This document shows, in pieces, positions 13,562-26,940 of a DNA stretch of 55,934 nucleotides (position 1 is the first letter of the stretch; every line of letters begins with the position of its first letter). The stretch is taken from assembly GCA_051941275.1 (NCBI GenBank), contig JAVEBF010000015.1, positions 1-55,934 on the forward strand, given 5' to 3'. Both the position numbers and the translations under genes were made by a program. The DNA comes from Dirinaria sp. TL-2023a (lineage: Eukaryota). Under the pieces are notes generated by a model. It did no database searches, was not told the origin of the DNA, and saw only the letters and a list, made by a program, of their open reading frames with translations.

Positions 13562-15090
13562 ACAATTTTTTGGACGGAGAACCATGGACTATTACCATCA
13601 CGGCCTTCCCATCTAATCAAAAACAAGGAAGCCACTAGCGCTACACCACGCTACTCTGCTGCCATACCGCCTTGATCAGTGCTCACAATCCTTTTCCCCC
13701 ATCAATACCCTCCGACCACTTGCTCTACCTCAGGATCGACTCTGACAGAATGACGAGAACTGAAGCAAGTAACGTTTTCATAAAATGACGATGGACCGAT
13801 ACATCATAAATGTATCACTGTCAGATCGGCAAATTACTGAATGGTAAAAGCGTTATGAGGAAAGGCGCTCACCAGACGCACACCACTCTACTCACTGGAT
13901 CTAACTAGGCAGTATCTATGTCTGATGGATCAATCAAGTTTGCGTTGCTTACCCATGCGTTTTTCATCTTCATAAAACGATTACTTCTACATCTACATCC
14001 ACCAACACTATGACCGCGTCTCTGAAATCGAAATCTTTTCTTAAGCGAGTTCACGAGTCCATCTAGCTGAATTCCGCTAGTGCAGAGTCAGCGAGATGAG
14101 GAAGAGCAGTGACCGAAGAAGTGGAAGCCGAAGGCAGAGATCAAGCATCAAGTGGCTTTTTTTTTTCTAACGTCTGAGTGACTACATCCCAGAGAAATGC
14201 TAGAATGTGTCTTGAAATTTCATGTCAATTCGAGCTTTTGGGGGGTAAAAATCGATGATTATCTAAATGATGATAAAACATATATACCACCTCTATAAAT
14301 CGTTACAGAGAGGAATATTGATCCGATAGGTATCATTCCTGCCTAAACAGGGGTCTTTTGAAGGAAGCACGATGGACATGCAAAGTGAAAACGATATCCC
14401 TGTTCTAGCAAGGTGCTTTATAAAAAAATGGATTCTGTAATCCTAGCTTTGTAAATACAGAGATACAAGCGAGGCATTCATAGATTGACATTCGTGAGAG
14501 GGAGTATTTGAGCTGGAAATCGTGGTTTTCATAATTTTATTCGTTGACGTCGTTTCGATAGCTCATGTTTTAATTTTCGTTGTTACAACACGATACTTCT
14601 CGTGGAGAAAACACACTCTCGGAATTGTCGTCGAGTAGTTATTGTCTTTAATATGAAACCAAAAAAAAAAAAAAAAAAAAAAAGTTGATTGCTGCTGAGC
14701 ATTATGGGGGATGCGAGAGATTTTCAGTACAGATTGATTATTTCTTCCTTCTATACAAGTGCTTAGTAGGAATTAAGATAATTGCATCCTGAAGCTCTTG
14801 GAATTCACGAAAAATGCAATCCTTGTGTATGAAGAAGCATTGTCTCTTGGAATCTTATTAACGCTGATAATTGAAATTTTTAAACCTTTTCTTTTGAGGC
14901 AAGATATATGCTGTAACAAATATATTGAACAAAAGATGCAGTATGCATCTTCTTCTGCTCCAAGACTTAAGTAGTTCTCGAAAAACTTTTTCTCGAAAAT
15001 ATGGAATTTTACTTCGTGATGTTATAGGGAGTGGGAAATGATGTATATAGTCTTGTGGATAAATCATCTTTAAAATACCTTGCTCAAGCA

Positions 15091-15124
<34 letters not shown>

Positions 15125-17642
15125 CGATTTGAATCCAAGATCCAAGATTCTATTGTATACAGTCTTCTTTTATCTTTTCTTCTTTCGCCCCTTAGAGAAT
15201 GTCTTTTCGTTTGGATTTATTTCTCTCACACATATTATGTATTGTCCGAGCTCGTTACTTTTTTGAAAGGATGATGCTGAAAGCTTGCAAACTTTGTTGA
15301 TAGTATATATTTTTTTTTTCTGACGGTTTTGTGGAAAGGTGAGTGGAGGATATATAGATAGCTAACTAGCTAGCTTTACTCTGTTCACTATGACATAGAT
15401 TTATAATGTTGTGCGGGGTATAAAATGGTTAAGGAATTTTGATGGTTTCGTGATAAATATGGAGGGATGTTGAAAGATAAGTGATTAATCTTGAAAAGCG
15501 GGATCAGGGGAAGGACAGGAGAGATGAGGAGAGCAAAAGAGAGGTGGATATGTGTGAGGATAAGGGAATGTAAAAAATCCCTTAGTTCTTTTTATTTTCT
15601 TTTGTTCGATAGCTTGCGGTTTTTCAGCTAATTTGGAATAGAGCTCTATTGCCCTCATTTCATACTACCCTCCTCTGTTTTCAAACCCCTCGTTTTATGA
15701 TTTTCTTGACATCTAGAAATCTCTTCTCTCCTTTTTTTCTGTCTCGATTAGCAGGAAATACGTTTATTGACCCCACTTTAACAGAACACGGGTTCCAAGA
15801 CAGATACGTCTTAAACAAGAGATGATGGACTGATTTATAATGAAAGCGTCATCAAAAAAACCGACGCTTGTTTGCAGATTAAAGATATTAGGGGATGGGA
15901 AACATATGAACTAGTCAATTGATAGATGAGGAGAAGTAGCAAAGAAAACGATATGTCACATGCGGTTCCCGAATAGAAACCTAATTGACTCGATCATTAA
16001 CGGTTTCTTTCTTTTATCTCTACATCTGGGTCATAAAATAAGCATGCGCTCTACTCATCCTTTTAGAATTTCGAAAAATGTTGTGCTAGATGGTTTTTTT
16101 TGTTGAAAAATCTGTGTCTGTACGCTACGGGAAAAAGAAGGGATGGAGATACAGAAGACATGGAATGTTTGAAGTTTGAGATTAGTTGCGATCTTATATT
16201 ATGATTTTAAAAAAAGGGAGAAGAGGAAGAAGAAGCACGGAGCAAGGGCAAAGGGTGGCTGAAGGGAAGTCCAAAGTTGTTTGCGCAGGGGAGGAACGCG
16301 TTTGTTACCGTCTCTAAATTCTCATTCCTTCCTCTCTTCAAGAAAGGTGGGCTTATTGCACATCTTTTTTTTTTTTTTTCTTTTTTTTTTTTTTTTTAGG
16401 TGCAGAAGTTATGGTGGGTGGCGAGAATATATATCCGTCCCCTCCCTTCCCCGCCTCCTTAGGGAGTACATGTGAGTGTGAGTCTTTTCTCCAATATTTG
16501 AAGGGGAAAGGGAGAAGTTGGTGACGTTTTCAATTGGAATGGAGGTGCTCTTAATGTTGGGAAGAAAGGTCATATCTATTCCTCTTCATCATAAGATCAA
16601 TTAAGAAGCTCGTGTGAATTTGTCATGTGCTCTGCCGCGTTGATTTTCTTTCTTTCCCGTTTTGTCTTTTTGATGAGAAAAAAATTGTCGAGAGAGGAGA
16701 CATGAGCGTTGACATTTTTTGTTGGAGAGATTGCAGTGATTTCAGCAGCACGGCGATGGAGGCTGGAAATGGAGCTCTGAAATGTGAGGAGGGAAAGGAG
16801 ATATACACCTTTGTCTTGGTGATTCTGAAAAATCATAAAGTCTGCATTCTTTTTGGAATACTTTTCGTCCTTCTTCTAGGAAGAGTGAAGAGTTTGAGCA
16901 GAGCATAGATAATCATTAAGTCTAATTGAGCCCAGCTGACGGCATACGGCTATGAACGCGCGAGAGATTGAGGGAAAGCAGGGGGCAGAGCATGCACACG
17001 AAAGGCAGGTATTCAAGGGATTGAAAAGAGGGATTTTGGATGAAGGAGGTGTGGGGAGATGATTTATTTTGGATCGATTTTTTTGAAAAGGTTATTCGAA
17101 ATTCAAAACAAATGAATAATGTTCGTTCTAGAAATGGTTCGAATAAGATATAGACTTGAAAATCGAATGGTCGTGTTGCAAGGTTTGGTCGGTGATGTGC
17201 GTTTCTGGATGAGGAGGGATATAGTCCTGATGGACTGATGCTAAGCGAATTTGAGACGGAAGAGAGAATATGAAGCTGGAACGGAGTTAGTGAACGAGGT
17301 GATCTACGCAACAGGGTTTTGGCGAAATCATTTGTGTTTGATCGTTTCACCATTGTAGAGATTTTATTCATCAATCGATAGTAGTTGCTCTTGTGGTGGC
17401 CACAATATTGACAAGTCACCGGTGTTTGAGCAGCTTGTGGATCTTGTATTGAATGACCAGAGATTGTCTCGAAGCCAAATTGCAGCGATAATAATCACTC
17501 GCATCCTCTTGATCCATTACTGCTGTCTCACGACTGAGTTCGAAAGACGACGATAGATGAGATAAAGAGACCTCCTATCCGAGCCCAAACGTCTATCCGA
17601 TATGCACCCATTGTCAAAGCGCTTTGCAGCGTCACGGTGCTC

Positions 17643-19919
17643 TTATAGGATTATGAACCACTTCCCTGGCTGGGCAGCTGCCTGGTCAATCGCGCATTGG
17701 AAGCAGCAATCATTCACTCGAAGGAAGATTTGGCGATGCAGGTCAGGGTCATCCTCTATGACAGCCGTGAATGGAACCTGAGAGAGAGCTAGCCATCGTG
17801 CACCAATACTGTGAGCAGTAAGACAAATAAGGATGCGCTCTGCTGTCTCGGCAAGGTAGTTCCCAAAGCCTGCAATCGTCACACAACCCGAACGAAGTGT
17901 GATCTTCTGATGTTCCCGACTCCCGTGAGAGCAAGGCCTCGAGATTTGCGCCGACCAGAGACATTTTTGTAGACTTTTATAGCCAATCCGGTATATGGCT
18001 GCGGACCTATGTAACCGGATTCGAGCAGAAATGAGAAATACATCATCCCCCTCTCCACAATAAGGACTGTCGAAGGTAACTTTCTCGGAACAGCGAAGAG
18101 AGGCTTGCTGTCCACTTGATTCAGCTCTTTCAGGATCTGTGGAGAGGATAGTGGCGCTAGAAGTGACATCCCAGATGCCACTTTTCCAGATACCATCACG
18201 ACAAGGGGTCCCATTACCGATACGTAGCGAGCTCGCTTGCGTATAAGCAGGGTCAACGTCTCCGAAGGTTGAGATCCAGGCACTCCAGCCTCCATCGGAG
18301 ATCAAACAAACTCTGTCCCAGGGAAGGCTCCAAATGTAAGCTCGATGACTTATGATGGGCAGGGTCAAAGCTTGCAGCCAAGCTTCATCTTTGACGGAAA
18401 TGGCCTCCTTCCCATCCCACTCCTCGAGCTGTTGAACCAGTGGGTGGTGATACATACCGTTTAAGTCAAGTCCGGCGAACATGAGGCCTTCGCAGTCTTC
18501 TAGATTGGTAACGTGGGCCAGAGCAATCAGAAATATAGCAACTTTCCTCGCATACACACAAAGCTGGTTCCATTTATCTTCAATGACCCTCTTGCGTCCA
18601 GCTACTGGCAGATCATCTCGGACTGTGGCTGTCAGTGAGGGCGGCTGGAGCAGTTGCTCATCAAGTGCTTGAGACGAATATTGCGCAGCTTGATCCTCAA
18701 TTTCCCTTTGTTTGAGGCGATGGTCGTCAAAGAGGAATTTGGAAGCTTTGAGTAAGTGCTGCTCGTCCACGTTGTATGCTATTGCTGTTGATCTACTGTC
18801 ATTTCCATCATCCACCCTATCATCTTCGTCACTTATGTGTTTGACCAAGTGCTTGACGATGACTAAAGCAAAAGCAGAGGTGACGATCTTCATGTCTTCG
18901 ATAAGAGCCCGGCGATTCGGCTTAAGCAAGCAAGGGTCCCAGAGAAAGTCTGCGAAGAGAGCGTTACCCCAGCCTTTCGCAGGAGTTCTCGTGATTGACC
19001 CAATCAAAGCACAGCCTTCATCCGGCGCTGGCTTGATCGTTAAGAGGTTTTCCTTATCCGAATCAAGTATGGTGATAGATGCCTCGTCGTCAGCGGCAAC
19101 TTCTTCTATGATAACCTGGTCCATGTTTGAACCGCCAAATCGAACATTTTTGGTTGATGGCTTATTGTGGCCTCGAGACTTCACTAACACAGTCAGATTG
19201 AGGACGTGATGGGCCCATACAATTAGCGCAGCTGTTCCAGATTGAAGACTTTTGCCGACAGGAACTTGAATATGGATGAAACGATCGTTGGGTAAAGTCT
19301 GAACCATGGGAAACATGTCTAGAAGACCCTGTAATACGAAAGTTGGGAAGTCGACTGGAGCCGTATCAGCGCTGTGCCCTAAGGTATTCGAGACTGCGTT
19401 GAGCATCATGTTCCAATTGAAAGCTGATGTCTGCGATTCGCAAGCCCGCAGGACTCCTAAGATGCCCGTTCTGCCGGAGCTCGTGTGCAATCCTGATACC
19501 GAAGGGGCATCTGCTATTCGCTCGCGCAAAGCGTCCGCGATAGCGGTGGCGAGATAGTTAGTCTGAAATGTCCAAACCAACAATGAGAGTTGAACGACCA
19601 TAGAGAAATAATGTGACTCCTTGAAGGCACGGGCAACTGTAGGGCCTGGTCCACCTTGGAGCAGGATGCCATCTAGTAATGGGACACTGGAAGAGCTTTT
19701 CATAATGATAGTCTTAAAGGACGAAGTAAGAGCATCAGATATCCTGCATCGTCCAAAGATGTTGGCGAGATCTTCCTCAACTACTATATCTGAGCCAGAA
19801 TGGCTTAGATGCCTTGCTGTGTTCATTATTACATCACCCGCCTTATCTGCTGCCCACTTTACAGGCGGTATTAGTCGCGTTAGTTCCACAGTTAAGGCAA
19901 ACTGATTCGTAAACGCCAT
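17643..19919 (-). CDS. Uncharacterised fungal protein, ~758 aa, single exon
   Basis: Long uninterrupted ORF; first ATG at 19919 (MAFTNQFALTVELTRL). Ends CCFQCAIDQAAAQPGKWFIIL. No domain recognised. Confidence 0.75.
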   Translation of the reverse strand: MAFTNQFALTVELTRLIPPVKWAADKAGDVIMNTARHLSHSGSDIVVEEDLANIFGRCRISDALTSSFKTIIMKSSSSVPLLDGILLQGGPGPTVARAFKESHYFSMVVQLSLLVWTFQTNYLATAIADALRERIADAPSVSGLHTSSGRTGILGVLRACESQTSAFNWNMMLNAVSNTLGHSADTAPVDFPTFVLQGLLDMFPMVQTLPNDRFIHIQVPVGKSLQSGTAALIVWAHHVLNLTVLVKSRGHNKPSTKNVRFGGSNMDQVIIEEVAADDEASITILDSDKENLLTIKPAPDEGCALIGSITRTPAKGWGNALFADFLWDPCLLKPNRRALIEDMKIVTSAFALVIVKHLVKHISDEDDRVDDGNDSRSTAIAYNVDEQHLLKASKFLFDDHRLKQREIEDQAAQYSSQALDEQLLQPPSLTATVRDDLPVAGRKRVIEDKWNQLCVYARKVAIFLIALAHVTNLEDCEGLMFAGLDLNGMYHHPLVQQLEEWDGKEAISVKDEAWLQALTLPIISHRAYIWSLPWDRVCLISDGGWSAWISTFGDVDPAYTQASSLRIGNGTPCRDGIWKSGIWDVTSSATILSTDPERAESSGQQASLRCSEKVTFDSPYCGEGDDVFLISARIRLHRSAAIYRIGYKSLQKCLWSAQISRPCSHGSREHQKITLRSGCVTIAGFGNYLAETAERILICLTAHSIGARWLALSQVPFTAVIEDDPDLHRQIFLRVNDCCFQCAIDQAAAQPGKWFIIL

Positions 19920-21558
19920 TATGGGTCGTGGTCTCCGAAGCTCTTCATCAACGCGAAGAGGATTCCTAACAGCTGTGACGATTCGCAATATAAGAGCTCA
20001 AATTTGTAGCAGCATCGCCGATTTCAGCCTCAGCCTCGTCCGCGCAAAGAAGGCAACAACTTGGCATTGTTGATAAGAGACTTTTGCATAGTTAGCGGGA
20101 CGCTAACAAGCACACCATAGTGGCATCAGGCAACGCCCTAGGGAGCCTTATCTCTGACGTGACAGCGACAGTGGCCGCTTTAACATGGAAAGAACCGAGA
20201 CGCCGATAGCACAATCATTTCTTAGGTAGCTGCTACTATACTTATGAGCAGGAGCACACAAGTATGCAGATGACTAATGATAATGTATAATGTCGATTGC
20301 CATGCGTCAAATAAGATTCTCAGCTGCCGAAAGCCGATAAGCCTAATCTCAAGGAAAAATTCCAATTCATTGGCTACTTTCGACCAGTAGCCGTATGCCT
20401 TTAGATTAGCCAGCTTCCAGAATTTAGCGTCGAAGAAAGTGAAGGGTGTCTCTTACGCGTAATGTTCATTGAGACTGGGTTGCTCTCAAACCGCGTTCTT
20501 TGATCGTGACTAGTGTCAGCGTGTACGTATTCCTGCGCTGCCTTTAAATGTATGCATGTCTACACCGGCCATACAAGCTGCATCCTATTTGCTCGGAGTT
20601 TCGTAACATATTTGATCTTATACGACTTCTGGAGCCATCTGATATTGATGTTACAGACAGAGGAATCCATTATCGAGTTCGTACCCACTCCCTTCTTGAG
20701 GCTGCCAATTGGCTCCAATAACCTACCCTTCTCATCGGAGGTAATTCTCCAACGGGAGCTCCTTGATACCCTCTCGTACTGGCTGGGAGCGTTTGTGCTT
20801 CCCAGTATACCCAACGCAAAAACCAGACTTGAGGCGGTTGAACTAAATATTGCATGGGTAATCCTCTCGCTAAAAGATTGAGGTGAGCCTCTGGTAGGCC
20901 TGTCGCCCATGATGCGTACAGAAAAGCTAGTTTCGATCAATGACCGGCTATACAACTCTTGAAGGTGCCCGATCTCCACTGCTCAGGGAAGCTCCGCTCA
21001 CCTACATCTCATTGCGTCTTTCGTACCGACCTCGCAGTGCCTTGACGATTCGAGCTGGTCGCGCTAGAAAGGCTCCCGACTGCCACAGATAGCTACGTGA
21101 GTAGTAATTACGATATTATTGATAGATGTCAGAACCATCGGCACTGTCTGAAAAAGCGCATGTGGATTGTACTCGATCCCATGAAGTAGGGTTCCAGCTT
21201 CGGATTATCATCAAGTCAGAAATTATAGAAGTACACACAAAATTATACACTCTGAGTCTAGCTCTCGGGATTTAAACTGATAGTGCACAGTAACTACATG
21301 TAAATGGAGATGGTGTGGGCTGTGGGCGACCACCCACCTGGACGAGACCACTGGTACCTTACCTTAGTCACCTGACCATCAAGGTCTTGGCATGTATAGC
21401 GCTAGCTAGGGGCCTTTGGTGTACCTACCTAAGTAGCAAGTCCAAACAATCGTCGTAAATACTCCGACTTTTGATCATGATTATTGAAGTTCAATGAATT
21501 CTCGCATAGAAGAGCGATCGATCGCTCGGGTAAAGGAAAAAAAAACGCAAAAAAGCAC

Positions 21559-21641
21559 TGGACGATCGGGGAATCGAACCCCGGACCTCATCCATATTTT
21601 GAAATTGCTAAGGATGCATTATACCACTAAACCAATCGCCC
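21559..21641 (-). tRNA. tRNA-Ala (AGC) with 11-nt intron
   Basis: Reverse complement folds as GGGCGAT..CATCC-TTAGCA-[ATTTCAAAATA]-T-GGATG..GGTTCGATTCCCCG-ATCGTCC-A. It has the G3:U70 alanine identity pair, A and B boxes, and a downstream oligo-T terminator. Confidence 0.95.
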
Positions 21642-22189
21642 GCAACAAATATTATAGCTTTTATTTTATTATATAATCTTTACAAAAAAACCTCGATCGA
21701 ACTTTGAATTGTTATGGAACTGACGCTTGGAAGTGTTGCATGTTTTGCCACCTCAGTCCAGCACACTGTTTAACTCATAGAGAGCACCCACTTTCTTACT
21801 TATAAATACATGCAAAATCAGTATCCAATACCGACTGTTTAATACATGGCCCTTTACTACATCAATTAGCGAAGATCTAGCCTTTGACTAAGGGTTTCTT
21901 CCTGTCAAGACTTCACACTCTCCTCCTCAATCCTCTCCGCCACCGCGAGCCTCGCTACTTATAAGATCAAGTCTCAAACCCGAAGTCGAGTCGATATGTA
22001 ACTTCCGCCATAAATTCGGCGCGACCACTGCTAGCCTTGCTCTTTCCCCCCATTTTCTTCGGAATGCATAAGTTTTCCACATGCTATTGTAGATTATTCC
22101 GGCAATTGCTCATATAACTTAGATTGTAGGGGGAGGATATCCATCAAGACTTTCCAATGCATGATCTTTTTCATGCATAGCCTAGCCTC

Positions 22190-22774
22190 CTAGCCATCCA
22201 CTGCCATGACATAATCTCTGATCCGGCCGTAAAATCTTTGTCGACCAACGAACTGTCCTGTTGTAACCTCAAACCACAAACACCAATGGTACTCGTTGTC
22301 AAGCAGATATCGTGACAGAGCATTCACAACATCTAATATTATGCCTAGCGTGAAAAGGTCTTCACTGTCATATACAGGCCGTATCCAGAATACTGCATTT
22401 CCAGGCGAACTCTCTCTATAATAGGGCCGTGTGGTAGGCATGTGAGCGGGGATCACTGTCTCACTTCCAAACTCCCTAATTAGATGAACCAAGCTGTCTT
22501 TCGCAAGAGCAAGGACGCCGCCAATATCGTATCTGGACAGTTCTGTGCGGGAAAAGCCAAAGCCTAGATGGAGCCAGAGATTGGAACTCGGAATGCGGAA
22601 TCTGTGAGGAAGAGGTGGCCACACCGGTGAGCTGGCATCATTGAATGAGCTGGTGTTCACCTGTTGCGACAAAGGGTATGCTAATAATGGCGAAGATCCT
22701 AAAGATGCATGTGGGAATGCTGCACACAAGCAGAGAAGAGCGAGCAGCTGAAATGCATGACAATAAAACCACAT
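22190..22774 (-). CDS. Small secreted protein, 194 aa
   Basis: ATG start, hydrophobic signal peptide (FQLLALLCLCAA|FP), globular remainder, no motif recognised. Confidence 0.7.
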   Translation of the reverse strand: MWFYCHAFQLLALLCLCAAFPHASLGSSPLLAYPLSQQVNTSSFNDASSPVWPPLPHRFRIPSSNLWLHLGFGFSRTELSRYDIGGVLALAKDSLVHLIREFGSETVIPAHMPTTRPYYRESSPGNAVFWIRPVYDSEDLFTLGIILDVVNALSRYLLDNEYHWCLWFEVTTGQFVGRQRFYGRIRDYVMAVDG

Positions 22775-24401
22775 AGCGTTGGATCTCCCTGACCCTTTTT
22801 TCTTTTTTTCTCGCGTGATTTCGAGCTTTTCTCTGCATACTTATACCCAAGATCTGCCGTCCATTTACATCGAGGGTCCAGGCGCCTCTCCGTATTGCCG
22901 ACGTTGGATCTGAACAAAAACTGCGCCGGCGCTATCTCCGCACGACCCGATTACCGATCAGAATTATCCGATCTCTCGACCACATGGCTCATGACCTTAC
23001 TGAAAGCTATTGCTCGACAATCGATATCATGCTATTGTGTCGAAACATCAATCTTCCAAAAATTGGTATTGCTTCATTGGTGGCTCAAGTCGCTTTACGA
23101 CCTTCGCGAATACCCTGCACTAGATAGCTATCAGCTAGGAGGGCACATTTGCTGAAGGGGAAAACATTTAGTGAACTAATATCCGCAAAGTCCTCGTTAA
23201 TCTGGCAGCTACTCAATCCCAATATTGGTCGCATCCCTCAACAGGTCCGAGTTAGGATTGTAAGGAAAATGAATCACTTTGTCGTCCGTCCTAACATCTT
23301 TCACAGTCATTCAGCGATCTGTCTATTTGAAAAGGGCACTTTCCTGATGAGCCAGCTTCGCATTATAGTAAGAGACTTGATGTTAAGAAGTTTTCCTGAT
23401 AGCCGTAGCCCTGACCCGTTGAGAGGTCCGACCGGTACTCCGTATTACCTTAGATATTGGCTTATATTGTGTGTAGGACAGTGTCCTTCGATCATTGAAC
23501 AAACGGTAGCCAAAGGACTGCTCGAGGGCTACTCGGGCTACTCTGCTATTTATTTCCTTCTCTCGTTCCTTCATCTACAAGTAGAGCCTTTACAGATCAT
23601 GAAGATGTTTCAACAAACCCTCAATGCAGCTACGCTCGTATTAAAATTCTTTAACTCAATGAGTGATTGCCTTCCCTCCCTTCTCGGACGGCATACGGCT
23701 TGATCGTCCATATGACTCGTGCCATCATGCATTCAGACACGTTGTTTCCCCTACTTCTAGAAATATTACTGAAGTATTGCAGTGCACTATATATCTCAGC
23801 TTCTACTTTCTTCGCTTAGTATAGCTATGAGGAAGCTGAGGAGCTGAAGTTAGAGGCGGTGGGAATTGGATGACGCTCATCACAGCAGCACCGCAATACG
23901 TGATATTTGGCACTCTCTTGATGCAACGGTCGTCGGCTTTTGGAAATCATAGATGAGCGAGTAGCACTTTCCTCCATCGTCTTTCCATAATTCCTTCCCC
24001 ATTCCCAGTTATTTGCATGTCTCAGATCAAAGGGCGAAATGCTGGACATATCCACAAGAGCGATCTCGAGAGCATAGCGCTGAGAAAATCTTTAAGAGTG
24101 GAACTGATCAGACTGCATGTATTGCTGCTGTTGGAACTCGCTCGCCTCGAAGCTATGCCGGCATAGCCTCTAAGGTAGCGCGCCCAAAGCTTTAACATAC
24201 AGACTCATGTGAGTCCGCCTCCATGTCTTCCAAAGTCTGAAACACCAGGTAATGCACAAGTGCAGTAGTCGGCTTTACAGCCACCCAACTACTGCCTCTC
24301 AGGATTTCCACGCAACCCTTCCCGTTCAATAAAACCAGATCCGTAGGTAGTACTAGAAGGGTAATCCTCGTAGGGCTTCTTTGGCTTCCGACCAGAAGAA
24401 T

Positions 24402-24794
24402 TCAAGTTGACCATCTAATGAGACTGTCAGCTATGGATGAAGTGTTTGGAATCGAATCTCCTACCGCATGCTCTCCTAGCGTAAGCCCACTAATCATGGT
24501 TACACGAATCATGCTAACCACGCTCAGCTTCTCGAGCCGGTCTTCGATACACTTTTTCAGAGCCTTGTCGGAGTACTGGCAAAGAATGTTCTGTTGAAGC
24601 TTCGTCAAACGGTCGAGCTCATGAAGCTACTGTTCGCGGGTACCGCTTGGCTGGAACACCTGGAGTGCAGAGATCTTTTGCTCGAGACATGGTTGCATCT
24701 TTACAATCTGGTCGTGGGTTAGGCGCCCAAGAATAGGGACCCAAAGCTCCATCTCGTCCAGAATCTCGTTGAAATCAGGTTTGTGTGTCGCCAT
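24402..24794 (-). pseudogene. Possible gene relic with in-frame TAG
   Basis: MATHKPDFNEILDEMELW... continues in the same frame past a TAG at 24627-24629 into LHELDRLTKLQQNIL.... Downstream sequence is protein-like but full of stops. Family not recognised. Confidence 0.3.
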
Positions 24795-25552
24795 AATGGG
24801 TTTCGAGTTGCAGGTATTTGTTGTGGAAAGCCGGTGTAGGTTGAAAGATCCCTCCAGGAGAATGGCAGAGCTCACCTTTTCTAGGAGCGCCAAGTGCATG
24901 TGAACGTGTTAGACGCGCTCCAGCAATTGAATGCCGAGGCGAGGTATTCACAGAGAGCAGAGTGACATCTTCTTGACCAAGTCTATGAAGCTTTTTGAAT
25001 CACACATGAGAGGCCTCAGCTGATACCACTACACGAAACGGCTCCAGCACTCATGATACTTCCTTGCTCGTGCTTCGTGTTCTCGTACAGAGCATAGTAT
25101 TCTAATACTGTCTTGTTTTTGTTGGAATTGCGTTGAGAAGGTGCAATATTGCTTGGAATGTGTGGACTTATACACCGAAACCCGAGAACGACGGACTTCC
25201 GATCCGGGCCAACTTGGGAGATGCTTGACGCAATCACTCGACCTGGTTACGTATTGGGAAGAAGTAGGTAATAGCCTTTGGATGTCGTCTTAGAATTAAG
25301 CTATCTAATGCAGTAATTATCTAGCCACTTGATTATGCCCCTATCCCGTTTCCGATAGAGCTTTGGCTTGACGTATGGCGATGTCTGAAATTGCGCACAT
25401 ATCCCCCGGAAAGAGCTCTGGTATTTGGATCAGCGCCACAAGATCCGAGCAATGCTAAATAAAGTATTTGGTCCATAGTTGATGGGATTTCAAGCGATTG
25501 ATGACGGTGGAAGCCTGTAGCGAGGAAGCAAAGCCACGTTTTCTAGGACTGC

Positions 25553-26940
25553 CTAGGGCCATGTACGCTGAATCCAGTAGCCAGGGTCGGATGGAGATAG
25601 ATTCCTACCCCAAAGTTCTGTCAAGGGGAGCAGTGTCGGTCGATTATCCTTGATGACGATGCAAGGAGAACCGGAGATAAGACATTCATGACATGCCATG
25701 TCTGGTTCGATCCAGTTACACGTGTTGTGCTTGAATTGTTGTACCAGGCAAGTGCCAGAGTCTTCGTGGTTTGGTTTGAGCCAAGTGAATTGGCCTTTCT
25801 TAGAACCAAGCCCGTCCAACTTCGTGACCCATTCCTTGATCTCACTTACAACCTCCTTGGGTAATTGAGACTGAGGGACGGGCGTGGTGCTACCCGGGAT
25901 TAAGGCTTGGACTTCCACGTTGCTGGAGCTCGAGAATCTCGCTAGCTTGTCAATCTCCTGTACTTCGGTAATATCGGCGGGTCTGGGTCGCTTCCGATCA
26001 GATTTGCTCAATGGAGTGGCCTTATCCAGTAAAAATTGGTTCATCTCCTCCAGAAGCTTGATACGATTCGTGTAAGACTGCTTTTCCAGCTGATGAGCAT
26101 TATATGCGTCGGCGAGCTGTTGCTCCAGCTTTGCAACTTCAACTGTTGGTCTTCCTTCTTCTTTCCCGACAGTTTGGGGCTCGTTCAGAGCATCATGAAG
26201 CTTTGAGAGCTCGCTGGCCATGACCTCTAACTCTTGGATGTCACCCTCGTGCTGCTTTTCGAGCGTGCGTATCTGGATGTCTTTGGTATTGACGGCTTGA
26301 CGACAATCCTCTTTTACTTGGGCCACGTATTTCTCAAAGTCTTCCTTCTGGTATCCCAACAGCCTGATGAAGCTGTCGGCGGCTTGGCGATACTCTTCTC
26401 TAGCTTGGGCCAGCTCTTTTTGGAGGCTGTTCTTTTCGTCTTGAAAGGTATTTGACCGCGTGGTGTGAGCGTTGATAGTCCTGACCGCTTCTTGATGCTT
26501 TTTTTGCACATGGTCCAGCTTTTTGTGAAGGTTGTTCTTCTCATCTTGAAGAGTGCCTATGTGCGTGGCGTGAGTCTCTTTTGCTTGGGCCAGCTCTTCG
26601 GTCAGCTCATCTTTTCGCTGTTGGAGTGCCGCTCGAGATATGGGCGAGGTATCGATTCGATAATGCAAGGCCTTGTTTTCTGCTGGCAAATCCTGAGACA
26701 GTAAATTGGCTTTTTTGTATAGTTGTACTGCTGAGTTGGACATACCTCGCTTTCTGCATCCTGTATGAGCACGATTTCCAGCAGGTTGTTGCGTCGCCGT
26801 TCCGTATTCTGGAGATCCTTGTCCATCCAATTCCCCGGGTTGTTGTTTCGAACAGCGGTGCCGTCTGTTGTATCCGAAACGACGGCGTTTCTATGGTCAA
26901 AACCCTGTCGGTCTGATGCTGAGGAAAATCTGCGCTCCAT
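25553..26940 (-). CDS. Coiled-coil protein with C-terminal Cys-rich domain (intron 26693-26745), ~444 aa
   Basis: ATG 26940 (MERRFSSAS). A GTATGT..CAG intron joins in frame to DLPAENKAL. Long heptad region, then C-x9-C-x-W...ACHEC...PC. Confidence 0.7.

Noticed and set aside
20513..20979. Overlapping 122-aa and 139-aa ORFs
   Set aside because: Non-ATG starts and no motif; probably spurious or an unidentifiable relic.
23149..23703. 184-aa + strand ORF
   Set aside because: TTG start and no family features; possibly the antisense shadow of a minus-strand relic.
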